Positions 43,133-56,351 are shown, counted from the stretch's first letter. The stretch is DNA of 64,000 bases from Candidatus Marinacidobacterales bacterium (GCA_965219415.1 CBDCNP010000002.1:1920001-1984000); one strand, 5' to 3'. Numbers and translations are program-made. The notes: a model not told the origin generated them from the letters alone.

Positions 43133-43157
43133 ACTTCCGTAAATAGGGAGTAGATAA

Positions 43158-43610
43158 ATGGCACACAAAGCACCCGGCAAGCACTACCGCGAAGGGCTCT
43201 CGCTCGTCGAACTAACGCGCCTCTTCCCCGATGACGCAACTGCGGAGCGGTGGTTCGTCGCCCAGAGATGGCCGGATGGCGTTTCCTGCCCTCTTTGCGG
43301 TGGGACCGAGCGCGTCAAGGAGCGCAAGAACAGGAAGCCGTCCCCCTACCACTGCGGAGACTGCCGACAGTACTTCAGCGTCAAGACGGGTTCGCTGATG
43401 CACAACTCCCCACTGGGCTGCCAGACCTGGGCCATCGCCATTTACCTTTTGACGACAAACCTCAAGGGCGTTTCGAGCATGAAGCTGCATCGAGATCTCA
43501 AAGTCACACAGAAGACCGCGTGGTTTCTGGCTCACCGGATTCGTGACAACTTCCAAGGGCAACACAGTTCCTTTCAATCTCCAGTCGCGCGTCGAATTTC
43601 TGTTCTTTAG
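43158..43610 (+). pseudogene. IS1595 transposase, N-terminal zinc ribbon and HTH only
   Basis: RWPDGVSCPLCG, YHCGDCRQYFSVKTG, KGVSSMKLHRDL..TQKTAWFLAHRIR; no DDE domain. Confidence 0.9.
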
Positions 43611-44174
43611 GCTCCTCTCCGTCCTCTGTGACGACTACGAAGTAGTCGACCTTTCGGAATTCCAGCACCTCAGCTGAAACACTCGATGCTGCTAGACTGA
43701 GTAAACACATCAACCTGATCATCTGACAAACTCCTTTGCTGGCGCATACACCGGATTCCGGAATTGGTCGCCGGGCCAGTCTGCCCGATCAAGCTGCATG
43801 TGTCGTATGCAGGTTCTCGCTTATTTCCTCCCCGGGGGAGGTCTTGTATTCGGCAAGCGACCCGACGTTGCTGCTACCAGGACGCAAAACAACTGAGGAT
43901 TGTTCACGAGAAAGGCGGGGCCGCAAAGGCAACCTACGCGGAAATCCCGTTCGGGGACGTAACGAGCGTTCTGTACGAGCGGTCCAAGTCGCCGCGTGTC
44001 AAGACAGCCATCTTCCTGTCGCCTCTGGCACTATTTGCGCCAGGAAAGAAACACTGGCTCACCATAGAGTACAAAGGCGGCTACTCGTATATGCGCCTGG
44101 ACAAGAAGAATCAGCGCCAAGTGCGCGCTGCGTTGGGTGCGGCTGGATTTGAAGTCGAAGCGATGGTTGGGTAG
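43574..44174. pseudogene. Secreted ~148-aa passenger protein split by an internal inversion
   Basis: N-half on - strand (43722-43574, signal peptide) and C-half on + strand (43877-44174) join in frame when 43574-43876 is flipped. Confidence 0.7.
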
Positions 44175-44288
44175 AACGCAAGGGGCTTAGGTGAAGAGGT
44201 GAACATACCCCTTAGTTCGTTCAGTGGGGTTCGTGTCGATCCCAATCCAGCGTTGCTTCCGCCGGGCCATGTGTTCTCGATCGAAGCG

Positions 44289-44483
44289 TTAGGAAATTAG
44301 GTCTTTGGCCTTGGCGCGGTCCCACCGAGCACGGATCGCCTTTCTCGCAATTTCGCGTCGTCGTTCAGGCGTCAGCTTTGCGGCTCGGGCTTTGCCGAAC
44401 ATGACGGCGCCTGGATTCTTGCCTTCCGCCTCGGCCTTGGCGATCAGCTCCAGGAGCTCGGTTGATTGGCCTGACACAAGCAT
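44289..44483 (-). CDS. Small basic passenger protein
   Basis: KNPGAV..GKARAAKLTPERRREIARKAIRARW basic helix motif. Confidence 0.65.
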   Translation of the reverse strand: MLVSGQSTELLELIAKAEAEGKNPGAVMFGKARAAKLTPERRREIARKAIRARWDRAKAKDLIS

Positions 44484-44535
44484 AGTGTATCACTAGTGAG
44501 ATGGAGGCATGGTATGGCAAAGGAGAGATTGCCCC

Positions 44536-44700
44536 ATGAAGGAGAAGGAAACCAAGCCGAAGCGTGGGCGCCCGAGCACTGGGAAATACGACGCGATTAT
44601 CCACATCGATGCTACGCCAGCACAAGTAGCGCGGTCGCTATTCGTGGGTAGGCCGAAGTCCTTAGCAGAGTGGAAACGAGAGAAGAAGATCGTGCCGTGA
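44536..44700 (+). CDS. Small accessory ORF of the IS1595 element
   Basis: AAGGAG upstream; KRGRP AT-hook-like motif, IDATPAQVARSLF; ends next to the right IR. Confidence 0.55.
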   Translation: MKEKETKPKRGRPSTGKYDAIIHIDATPAQVARSLFVGRPKSLAEWKREKKIVP

Positions 44701-44776
44701 GGGGGTTTGTGTAAACTAGTATATAATTCCCATTCATTTCAGAGCTCCTTGTGCTCATTCCAGATCCAGCTCGGGA

Positions 44777-44868
44777 TCACCCGTTAAAAATCAACGCGGG
44801 AGCGGTTCGCTCTTCGAGCTCTTCCACGGTCAGTTCAACGATTTCGATTTGCCATTTTGGGTTTCCAT
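44777..44868 (-). CDS. Putative ~30-aa precursor peptide, M(ETQ/ENP)KWQIEIVELTVEELEERTAPALIFNG; needs one extra base near the 5' end
   Basis: GAAAGGGA RBS before ATG 44868; 92 nt to TGA; adding one A in an A run joins the ATG to the WQIEIVELTVEELEERTAPALIFNG frame. Confidence 0.55.
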
Positions 44869-45020
44869 TTGTTAGTCCCTTTCTTTCAATTAGTTGTGCC
44901 GAATTAACTGAAAACAAAGACGTAAGCAATTTAAATACTAGACCCACAAAACACCGTTGTTCATCGTGCTACCTCCCTGAGATGCCCGACCCGAAGGGAC
45001 ACGCCGACCGGGCCGGGGTT

Positions 45021-45059
45021 AGGAACGGAAGCTCCCTCCACCGAGGGGTCTCCGTTCCT
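45021..45059. other. Strong intergenic stem-loop
   Basis: AGGAACGGA..CCCTC-CACC-GAGGG..TCCGTTCCT. Confidence 0.55.
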
Positions 45060-45401
45060 GGACTGAAAAGGTTAAGTTGCTGAGAGGAGTGGTTCGGGTA
45101 ACGCAGCGGAAGGGGACTCGTTGGAACTGTCATGATTTCAAATAAAGGTCTTTGAATGACTAGCTCAAGAACCCTTGGTGCAGCCCCTTTCAGACCGACC
45201 GAAATTACCTACAACCTCTGCCTCTCGACCCACCTCCTTCTCGATTGACCGACAGAAACTGAAGACTTCGAAACTTTGGTCTTTCTAAGACTTCTGATTT
45301 ACGTGCGAAAAATAGACCCCATCAGCAAAACAGTCAGTGACCAGGATCACCAATGGGAAAACATGGGGTTTTCCCCTCGTTCTTTCGGCTTATACCCCAA
45401 A

Positions 45402-47128
45402 TCACCTTGTCAAGTAAAGCTCGTCACTGTTCCAAAGGGTCGGGTGCCAAAAGGGTGTGGGCTCGAGGTTTCCGAGCCGGGAGGTGGTCCCCACCAAGGC
45501 GTGGGGAACGACCAGATCGATGACGGGAAGCTCTTCGACCACCAAGGCCTGCAGCTCATCGATCAATGCCTTGCGGGCTCCATACTCGACGGTCATCATC
45601 TGTTGGCCCATCAGCTCGTCCAACCTCGCTTCCCATTCGCTGGCGGGCTCAGGTTGAGACGGGTGCCATAGGTGGAGAGGAGAGCTGCTGACCCAAAGGG
45701 GCCTCTCCGACGAGGGGTCGGGATCGGTAAAGCTAATCCCCAAAAGGCAAGCTTGGTAGTCGAAACTTCGGGTCACGCGACCAATTAGGGTCGCGAAATC
45801 GAGTGGAACGAGGTTCATTTCGACCCCAATCCGGGCAAGGTCTTCCTGGACGAGGGTGGCGGTCTTCAAACGGAAGGGATTGTCCGCATTGGTGAGGAGA
45901 GTGAACCGCACGCGATTCCCCCGCGGGCCCGAGAAGCACCTCCCCGCCCTGTTTGAAGCCGGCCTTCGCGAGCAGGTCACGAGCCCGTTGCGGATCGTAG
46001 GGCGGTGGAGCAATAGACTCGTTCCACCACCGTCGGTTTGCCGGGGTGATGGGACCGGCTGCCGGAGAAGCCAGATCCCCGTAGACGGCCTTAGCGATGG
46101 GCCGCCGGTCGATGGCCAGGGAAATGGCTCTGCGGAAACGTCGGTCCATGAACCATGCTCTCTGCTCCGCCGATACCGAACTTTCCGGGTTGAGATTGAA
46201 CCAAATTCGCTCGGGAGTCGTTCCCGGGCCCAGATCGATGAGGCGCCGATCCGAAGTTTCTTTCCCACTGAGGCTGATGAAGTGCTCCGGTGGCAGCGGG
46301 CTCAAGAGGTCGAGCTCCCCGGCGCGAAAGCGCAGTGCCAAGGCGTTTGCGTCGGATAAGATTTCAAAGGTGATTCCATCCAAATAGGGGAGCGGCTCGC
46401 CCTCGGGCCCGTACTTCCAGTAGTTCGTGTTGGAGCGGAGTACCACCCTCTGGCCGGGCACATAGCGATCGAGAACAAATGGGCCTAGGCCTATGATCGT
46501 CGCCTCGTTGGCCCCGATCCCGTATTCCGACGGCAACGTTCCTTGCTCGAGAGATGCCTCCAGTCGATGTCGCGGAAGGACGGTGATGCTGTCGAAGATC
46601 CTTTCGACGACCGCAGTTCGAAGCGGTAGCTTGAAACGCACGGTCAGCGGATCGACGACCTCCGGAACGAGCGGCTGGCCCTCGACAACCGCTAACTCGA
46701 CAAAAGGGCTCGCGACCTGCGGGTCGTGAATGACCCGGAACGTGAATGCTACATCCTCCGCCGTGAAGGGCTCACCGTCCGAGAAAAGGACCCCGGGCCG
46801 CAATTTGAAGGTCAGCTCTCGACCATCCTCAGAAAAGGACCACGACTCGGCCAGCTCAGGCTCGAGCTCCTGCGTCACCCGATTGACTTCTGAGCAACGC
46901 GGCATGAAGGCGCTCAGTAATCTGGTGGCTCACCTCATCGGTAGCGAGAAGCCGATTCCACGTCTGGGGCTCGCTACGAATTCCCACTCGCAGCATGCCA
47001 CCGGCGACCGGTGTGCCACTGATCGATGAATCCCCTTGGACCGCCACTTCGTCCGACCAACGGCAGTGAAGGGTGGTGAAAAGCGCAAGCGTAGCGAACG
47101 CGAGGGGCAGGGTAGATGCGCGCGACAT
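45402..47128 (-). pseudogene. Peptide ABC transporter substrate-binding lipoprotein (family 5), two frameshifts
   Basis: Lipobox LHC, PELAESWSFSEDG, FSDGEPFTAEDVAFT, GLGPF, FRRAISLAIDR, EELPVI; frame changes near 46890 and 45935. Confidence 0.82.
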
Positions 47129-47328
47129 CCACGTCATTAGGCCCAGCCTTTCTCTCAATAACTGTCTATCTGGAAGTTACATTCTCCATCAAAGAATGCC
47201 GAATAGCCAGAGGTTTCGGTGCCCACAGTCGCAGCGGCTAGACCTTGCGAGGGCCACCGAAGGTGAGCTAAAGTTAACTGGCTCCAAGACTTGGACTTGC
47301 GTACGAAAACCCTCTCGGACCAAAGGCA

Positions 47329-48153
47329 GTGGACATCCTGATAAACACGCTAAACATCAGCCTTCCCACGCTTTACGCCTTGGCATGGGCCGACTACGCC
47401 CTGTTGTTCTTTCGCAACGACGCCTTCGCGGAGAAGACGGCCCCTTGGCTTCTCAGACTGGCCGCGGTTCTGCACGGCATCTACCTCGTCTTGCTAGAGG
47501 CTCACCAACCGCACTTTCCGGTGGCAACCGTCTTCGAGGCCTTTTCACTTCTGGCGTTTTCGGTTTTGGTGGTCTACCTCTTCATCGAATCTCGTATCGG
47601 CATTCGCACGACCGGTTTTTTCATCGTGGGCTTGGTCTTCGCGTTTCAGCTCGTGTCCTCGGCCTTTATCACCCGTCCGACCGAAATCAATCCGCTCCTC
47701 GCGGAGCCCTCCTTCGTCCTACACGCTGCGACTGCCGTGCTGGGTTACTCGGGGATGACGATTTCGGCCATCTATGGCCTGCTTTACTTGATGCTCTTTT
47801 ATGACATCAAGAAGAACCGCTTCGGGCTCATCTACAAACAACTCCCCTCTTTGGAAGTGATGGCTAACTTCACCTACCGGGCGGCCACGCTGGGCTTCAT
47901 CTTTCTCACCGTAGCGATGGCGCTCGGGTTCGCCTTGGTGGTCAAAATCGACCAGCCGGGATGGACGTGGGATCCGAAGTTGATCATTACCTTTGTGGCT
48001 TGGCTCATCTACGGGGCGTGCACCGCAGGCCGCAGATTCTGGGGTTGGTCGCCGCGTAGAGTGGCCTTCGCGTCGTTGACCGGCTTCGCCGTCATTTTGT
48101 TCTCGTTGGTGGTCGTGAATTTTCTCTTCACCTCCTTTCACGGATTCGTCTGA
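47329..48153 (+). CDS. ccsA: Cytochrome c assembly protein (CcsA/HemX-like)
   Basis: About 8 TM segments, LHAA, LPSLE, WDPK, C-terminal SFHGF; precedes hemA. Confidence 0.85.
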   Translation: MDILINTLNISLPTLYALAWADYALLFFRNDAFAEKTAPWLLRLAAVLHGIYLVLLEAHQPHFPVATVFEAFSLLAFSVLVVYLFIESRIGIRTTGFFIVGLVFAFQLVSSAFITRPTEINPLLAEPSFVLHAATAVLGYSGMTISAIYGLLYLMLFYDIKKNRFGLIYKQLPSLEVMANFTYRAATLGFIFLTVAMALGFALVVKIDQPGWTWDPKLIITFVAWLIYGACTAGRRFWGWSPRRVAFASLTGFAVILFSLVVVNFLFTSFHGFV

Positions 48154-48154
48154 T

Positions 48155-49504
48155 ATGAACCTTCTCGTCGTTGGAATGAACCATCGCACGGCTCCGATTG
48201 ACGTGCGGGAGAAGGTCGCCTTCAGCGACAGTGAAATTCGGGACATCCTCTCCCGAACCCGCGCCGAGGAGACGCTCGGCGAAGTCCTGGTTCTTTCAAC
48301 ATGCAATCGAACCGAGTTCTACGGGCTTTCCACGGACAACGGGGCGGCGGAGATGTACATCCGGAACCTCATCGCCCAGCAGAAGAAAGTGGATTTGGCG
48401 GCCCATCCCGGCTACGCCTACACGCTTTCGGATGTCGAGTCGGCAAGGCACCTGATGCGCGTCGCCACCGGGTTGGACTCCATGCTTCTCGGAGAGCCTC
48501 AAATCCTCGGCCAGGTGAAGCAGGCCCACCAGCTATCTGTGGAGTCTGACGCCTGTGGGCTGGTCCTGAATCATCTCCTGCAGGCTGCGATCGTTGCGGG
48601 GAAGAGGGTCCGCACCGAGACACGTCTCGGGGGAGGAGCAATTTCGGTAGCCAGCGCAGCCTCCGAGCTGGCCGGCAAGATTTTTCAGGATCTTTCGACC
48701 CGCTCGGTTCTGCTCATCGGAGCCGGGGAAATGGGTGAGCTCACCGCTCGCCACATGTTGGAAAGAGGAGTCTCGGATCTTACTATCGCAAACCGCACGT
48801 TCAGCAAAGCGCATGAGCTCTCGCGCGAGCTCGATGGAAAGGCGCTTCCCCTCGACCGTGTCGAGGAGGCGCTCGTCTCCACCGACATCGTCATCAGCTC
48901 TACCGGAGCCACCGAGCCCATCGTTAGCGAAGCTCAGATGAGGACCATCGTATCCAAGCGGGCGGGGAGGCCGATCTACATCATCGATATCGCCGTGCCG
49001 CGGGACTTCGAGCCACGAATAGAACGGCTGGACGGGGTCTTCCTCCACAATCTGGAAGCCTTGAATCTTTTGGTGGAAAAAAGTCTCGAGGACCGTCGGG
49101 GCGAGATTCCGCAAGCAGAAATGATCGTAGAGGAAGAATTGGAAGGGTTTCTCAATTGGCGAAACTCCCTTGCCGCCACCCCCACCATCAAACAACTTCG
49201 AGAGAAACTCAAGGAAATCCGTCGACAGGAGGTGGCTCGCTACCGCGGCCGATTCTGCGACGAGGACCAGGAGCAGTTGGACCGGCTGACGGAAGGTTTG
49301 ATGAAAAAAATCTTTCATCCCGCGATGGGCAGGATTCGAGACTGGAGCAGCAAGGGAAAGCTTGGAGCCCTCCGTATCGACACGATCTACGAGCTATTCG
49401 AATTGCCCCGCCCGCCAGGCCGGCCCAACCAGCGCGGACAGCCCGGACAGGAAGACCTCGCCCAACCTGAGCAAGACGCCAGCGACGAGGAGCCTGAGGA
49501 GTGA
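48155..49504 (+). CDS. hemA: Glutamyl-tRNA reductase
   Basis: NHRTAPIDVRE, STCNRTE, GLDSMLLGEPQILGQ, GAGEM, DIAVPRD. Confidence 0.97.
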   Translation: MNLLVVGMNHRTAPIDVREKVAFSDSEIRDILSRTRAEETLGEVLVLSTCNRTEFYGLSTDNGAAEMYIRNLIAQQKKVDLAAHPGYAYTLSDVESARHLMRVATGLDSMLLGEPQILGQVKQAHQLSVESDACGLVLNHLLQAAIVAGKRVRTETRLGGGAISVASAASELAGKIFQDLSTRSVLLIGAGEMGELTARHMLERGVSDLTIANRTFSKAHELSRELDGKALPLDRVEEALVSTDIVISSTGATEPIVSEAQMRTIVSKRAGRPIYIIDIAVPRDFEPRIERLDGVFLHNLEALNLLVEKSLEDRRGEIPQAEMIVEEELEGFLNWRNSLAATPTIKQLREKLKEIRRQEVARYRGRFCDEDQEQLDRLTEGLMKKIFHPAMGRIRDWSSKGKLGALRIDTIYELFELPRPPGRPNQRGQPGQEDLAQPEQDASDEEPEE

Positions 49505-50477
49505 GAGCTCTGCGGGTCGGGACCCGTGGCAGCGAGCTAGCGCTAGCGCAAACCCGTGGGATTGTGACGACGCTGAAGCAGCGGCTGCCTGACATTGAAG
49601 TCGAGATCCAGATCATCAAGACAATCGGCGACATTGTCATCGACCGCCCTTTGTCTCGAGTTGGAGATCGCGGGCTCTTCATCAAAGAGATCGAGAACGC
49701 CCTCCTGGATGGTTCGGTAGATTTCGCCGTCCACAGCATGAAGGACCTTCCGAGCACACTGCCCCATGGGCTCGCCGTGGCCGCGGTGACCGCCAGGCTC
49801 GACCCGCGAGACGTACTCATCTCGCGCCAGGCGCGCTCGATCGAAGCCTTGCCTCGGAACGGCATACTCGCCACCGGCAGCCTGCGCCGGCGTTCGCAAG
49901 TGCTCGCTATCCGTCCGGATCTCCGAATTGCCGAATTACGAGGGAACATCACGACAAGGCTTCGCAAGTTCGATGAGTCGAGTTGGGATTCGATGATCCT
50001 TGCGAGCGCAGGTCTTGTGAGACTCGGCCTCGAGGAGCGCATGGCAACCACGATTTCCACCCCCATTCCCATTGCCCAGATGCTACCCGCCGTGGGCCAG
50101 GGGGCGCTCGGGCTCGAAGCCCGGACCGACGATTCCGAGATTAGCGAGTTTCTCGTGAGCCTCAACGACCGGGAATCCGCGACCGCGGTGGCGGCCGAGC
50201 GCGCTCTTCTCCGCCGGCTAGAAGGAGGCTGTCAGGTGCCGATCGGGGCACACGGCCTCCTCGAGAGGGGGTTGGTCTTGGAAGCGTACATCGGGAGCAC
50301 CGACGGGCGGCAGCACTTGAGGCGTCGGGCCGAGGGAGCGCCCGAACGAGCCGAAGAGATCGGGGAATCTTTAGCGGAGCAGATGCTAAGCGAAGGGGGA
50401 GACGAGATTCTCGAGAAAACCCGGGCTGAAGCGACTGACGTGCCTGACGTTAACGAAGCAAAGGAAAAGCAATCGCC

Positions 50478-50481
<4 letters not shown>
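49501..50481 (+). CDS. hemC: Porphobilinogen deaminase
   Basis: GTRGSELALAQ, AVHSMKDLP, TGSLRRRSQ, LEGGCQVPIG. Confidence 0.97.
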
Positions 50482-53630
<3,149 letters not shown>

Positions 53631-53631
<1 letters not shown>

Positions 53632-53945
53632 TGGCCGAGTTTCGAGTCGCCGATACCCAAGAAGTGCCCGAGGGCACGGGGATTGCCGTCGACGTCAAGG
53701 GCAAACGGCTGGCCATCTTTCAATATCAAGGTGAATTCTTCGCACTCGACGAGACTTGTCCTCATCGAGGGGCCCCGCTCCACGAAGGTCCTATCCAAGA
53801 GGGAGTCGTCGTCTGTCCCTGGCATCTATGGCAGTTCAATCTCAAGACCGGCCTTTCCCCCGTTAACGCGCTTTCCAAGGTCCACGTATACAAGACGCGC
53901 GTCGAAGGCAGCGATATCTTCGTGGAAGTAAACAGTGATCAGTAA
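53631..53945 (+). CDS. Rieske 2Fe-2S ferredoxin
   Basis: CPHRGAPL and CPWHLWQF boxes; start overlaps the hemL stop. Confidence 0.9.
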
Positions 53946-53977
53946 CAAATATTGTACTGATGACCGATAACGGGTTA

Positions 53978-54811
53978 CTAAGCAGTGGAAGCTTCGCGGA
54001 TTTTTTCCAGGGCGTCTGCGGTGAGTTCCGGACAACCCAAGGTGGTAGGGCCTGGGCCTTCCAGAGTATGGAAATCGGATCCGCCGGTCACCAGCAAACC
54101 CAATCGCGCTGACATCTCTAGGTAGTGAGAAGCGAGCTCGGGTGGATGGTCGCTGTGGTACGCCTCGATGGCCTGAAGACCATCGTCGACCATCTTCGGA
54201 ATGAGCTCGTCTCGCTTCATCAGCCCGGGGTGTGCCAAAGACGCCACGCCGCCGGCTCGCTGGATGAGGTCGGCGGCATCGCGCAGGGTCACTTTTTCAT
54301 ACCCCACATAGGCAGGGGCCCCATGGCCGAGATACCGATCGAACGCTTCCGAGAAGCCGGGAACGACACCACGGTCGACGAGCACCTCGGCGACGTGCGG
54401 ACGCCCCACGGTTCCGTGTGACGATTTGGCGAAGACGTCCGCTGCCTCTACGTGAACGTCAACCGCTTCGAGCTTCTCCAGGATCCGATGGATCCGTTCG
54501 ATACGCCGCTCCCTTGCCGTCGAAAAAAACTCGACTAACCACGGCTCCCGATGTCGAACGAACAATCCGAGAACGTGCACCGAAGCGTCTTCGAAGTTGG
54601 CGCTCACCTCGATTCCGGCGATGACCTCGAGACCGTTGTTGGACACCTTGGCCGCCGCCTTTCGAGCCGAGTCGATCCCATCCACCGTATCGTGGTCGGT
54701 CAACGCGAAGGAGGAAACATTCTCGTCAGCTGCTTTTTGAACAAGTTCTTCGGAGCTGAGTCGCCCGTCCGAGGCGGTAGTGTGGGTGTGTAGATCGTAC
54801 AGCTTTTCCAT
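53978..54811 (-). CDS. PHP-domain phosphoesterase (TrpH/YciV-like)
   Basis: DLHTHTTASDG, LTDHDT, GRPHVA, LAHP, GGSDFH. Confidence 0.92.
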   Translation of the reverse strand: MEKLYDLHTHTTASDGRLSSEELVQKAADENVSSFALTDHDTVDGIDSARKAAAKVSNNGLEVIAGIEVSANFEDASVHVLGLFVRHREPWLVEFFSTARERRIERIHRILEKLEAVDVHVEAADVFAKSSHGTVGRPHVAEVLVDRGVVPGFSEAFDRYLGHGAPAYVGYEKVTLRDAADLIQRAGGVASLAHPGLMKRDELIPKMVDDGLQAIEAYHSDHPPELASHYLEMSARLGLLVTGGSDFHTLEGPGPTTLGCPELTADALEKIREASTA

Positions 54812-54879
54812 CGTATGTTTTGGATCGGAACTTTTCATGCTAAAGGGCACCTTGACGGTTGTCAAGCTTTGTCCGTATC

Positions 54880-55392
54880 ATGAGCGCCATGATTAAGAAG
54901 GTGAAACGGCCCCCGCTCAGTCATCTCGAACGCGCCTACGTTCCGGAGATCATGCGGGCGCTAATGATCACCTCCCGCCACTTCATCCTTAACCTGACAC
55001 GTCATCTGGCCCATCTAGTCGGGCTCAAAATGGATAAGCCGGCGTCAGTCACGTTTCAGTATCCCGAGGAGCGGCGTCCGATGGCGCGGCGGCATCGGTC
55101 CCGACACCGACTGACCCGGCGGGACGACGACAGCCCACGGTGTGTGGCTTGCATGATGTGCGAGACGATTTGCCCTGCGTTCTGCATCTTCATCGTAGCC
55201 GGCGAGCACCCGGACCCAAGCATCGAGAAATACCCGAAAACCTTCGATATCGACTACGGCAAATGTGTTTTTTGCGGGCTCTGTGTGGAGGCCTGTCCAG
55301 AAGATGCGATAAGGATGGATACCGGGATCCTGGAGATAAGCGCGCCATCGCGGGGCGAGCTAGTCTATTCGAAAGACCGGCTATTAGGTTGA
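54880..55392 (+). CDS. nuoI: NuoI-like 2x[4Fe-4S] subunit, stand-alone
   Basis: TFQYPEE, CVACMMCETICP, CVFCGLCVEACPEDAI. Confidence 0.85.
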   Translation: MSAMIKKVKRPPLSHLERAYVPEIMRALMITSRHFILNLTRHLAHLVGLKMDKPASVTFQYPEERRPMARRHRSRHRLTRRDDDSPRCVACMMCETICPAFCIFIVAGEHPDPSIEKYPKTFDIDYGKCVFCGLCVEACPEDAIRMDTGILEISAPSRGELVYSKDRLLG

Positions 55393-55412
55393 ATCTAATA
55401 CGGTTCCGCCGC

Positions 55413-55441
55413 TTGACAGTTTCCGGAGTCGTTAGTATACT
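55413..55441 (+). promoter_or_regulatory. Sigma70 promoter of erpA/iscA
   Basis: TTGACA-17 bp-TATACT. Confidence 0.8.
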
Positions 55442-55556
55442 GCGGAGTGTCTGACCAATTTGATTGGGTTTATCAAACCTGCTCTTAATGGCCTGGCAAA
55501 GTAAGAGCAATAAGAAGACCCAGTAAAGCCCTATAAGACAAAGAAGAGGCTTAGCG

Positions 55557-55880
55557 ATGTTGACTTTGAGTACGACTGCCGCCGGTAAGGTAAAAGAGTT
55601 CCTGGTCGAGAATGGCAAACCCGATGCCGCCTTGAGAGTTCGCGTTGTCGGTGGAGGCTGCTCCGGATTCTCGTATCAACTGGCGCTTGATGAGGAAGCC
55701 GGTGCCGAGGACGAGGTGTACGAACAAAATGGCGTGAAGCTATTCGTCGACGAGAAGAGCCTTCTCTACCTCGAAGGAACCGAGATCGACTATGTGGAAG
55801 ACATCATGGGCTCGGGATTCCGTTTCAACAATCCGAACTCGAAGGGGACCTGCGGCTGCGGGGAATCTTTCCAAGTTTAA
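55557..55880 (+). CDS. A-type Fe-S carrier (IscA/ErpA)
   Basis: GGGCSGFSY, NPNSKGTCGCGESF. Confidence 0.95.
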   Translation: MLTLSTTAAGKVKEFLVENGKPDAALRVRVVGGGCSGFSYQLALDEEAGAEDEVYEQNGVKLFVDEKSLLYLEGTEIDYVEDIMGSGFRFNNPNSKGTCGCGESFQV

Positions 55881-55942
55881 GAGAGCCTAGCCTAGTCGTA
55901 CGGCGCGTTCAAATCTGAACGCGTCATTCGAACTCATCGCGG

Positions 55943-55973
55943 TACCCTCGGATCTCACCGGGGGTATTTTTTT
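55943..55973 (+). terminator. Rho-independent terminator
   Basis: TACCCTCGG-ATCTCA-CCGGGGGTA followed by T7. Confidence 0.75.
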
Positions 55974-56007
55974 GTGCTTCCTGTCCCCGATTTGAAGACG
56001 GAGCATC

Positions 56008-56317
56008 ATGAGTTCAGCAGACACCGAATACGACCCGTTCGAACGGCTCGTTGATATCGAGATCGAAGGCATCTCTTTCGCGGTCCCAGAGAACAACATC
56101 GTTCTCCGCTGCGTTCAGTTCATTCTGGACGACGACATGGTCCTAGGCCGATTCTGTTGGAACAACGAGTGCGGCAACTGCGAAGCTCACCTGCCAAACG
56201 CCCGACCAGCCGGAGCCCCAGCGAGCTCGTGGATGTCAAACCGTCGTCCAAGACGGAATGGTTCTTTCCGAGCTCACCCCCGATCTGAGATACTGGCTCC
56301 GCGAAAAACTGAAGTAG
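56008..56317 (+). pseudogene. Small 2Fe-2S ferredoxin-like protein, frameshift near 56185
   Basis: FCWNNECGNC, then RARGCQTVVQDGMVL..YWLREKLK in a shifted frame. Confidence 0.65.
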
Positions 56318-56351
56318 CGCGTATTTGCCTCATTCCTAAAGAGTCGAAGCA

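Larger units (their letters stand above)
43081..44731 (+). mobile_element. Non-autonomous IS1595-family derivative with passenger genes
   Basis: Perfect 23-bp IRs GGGAATTATATACTAGTTTACAC (43081-43103 and 44709-44731); 8-bp TSD ATTCATTT (43073-43080 and 44732-44739). Confidence 0.95.

Noticed and set aside
44925-44941. Sigma54 promoter for the peptide gene (CTAGTATTTAAATTGCT on - strand)
   Set aside because: The -12 TTGC fits, but the conserved GG at -24 reads AG, so it is too weak to call.
44751-45671. + strand ORFs of 110 and 131 aa
   Set aside because: They lack RBS and motifs, and they overlap the better-supported - strand peptide and binding-protein genes.
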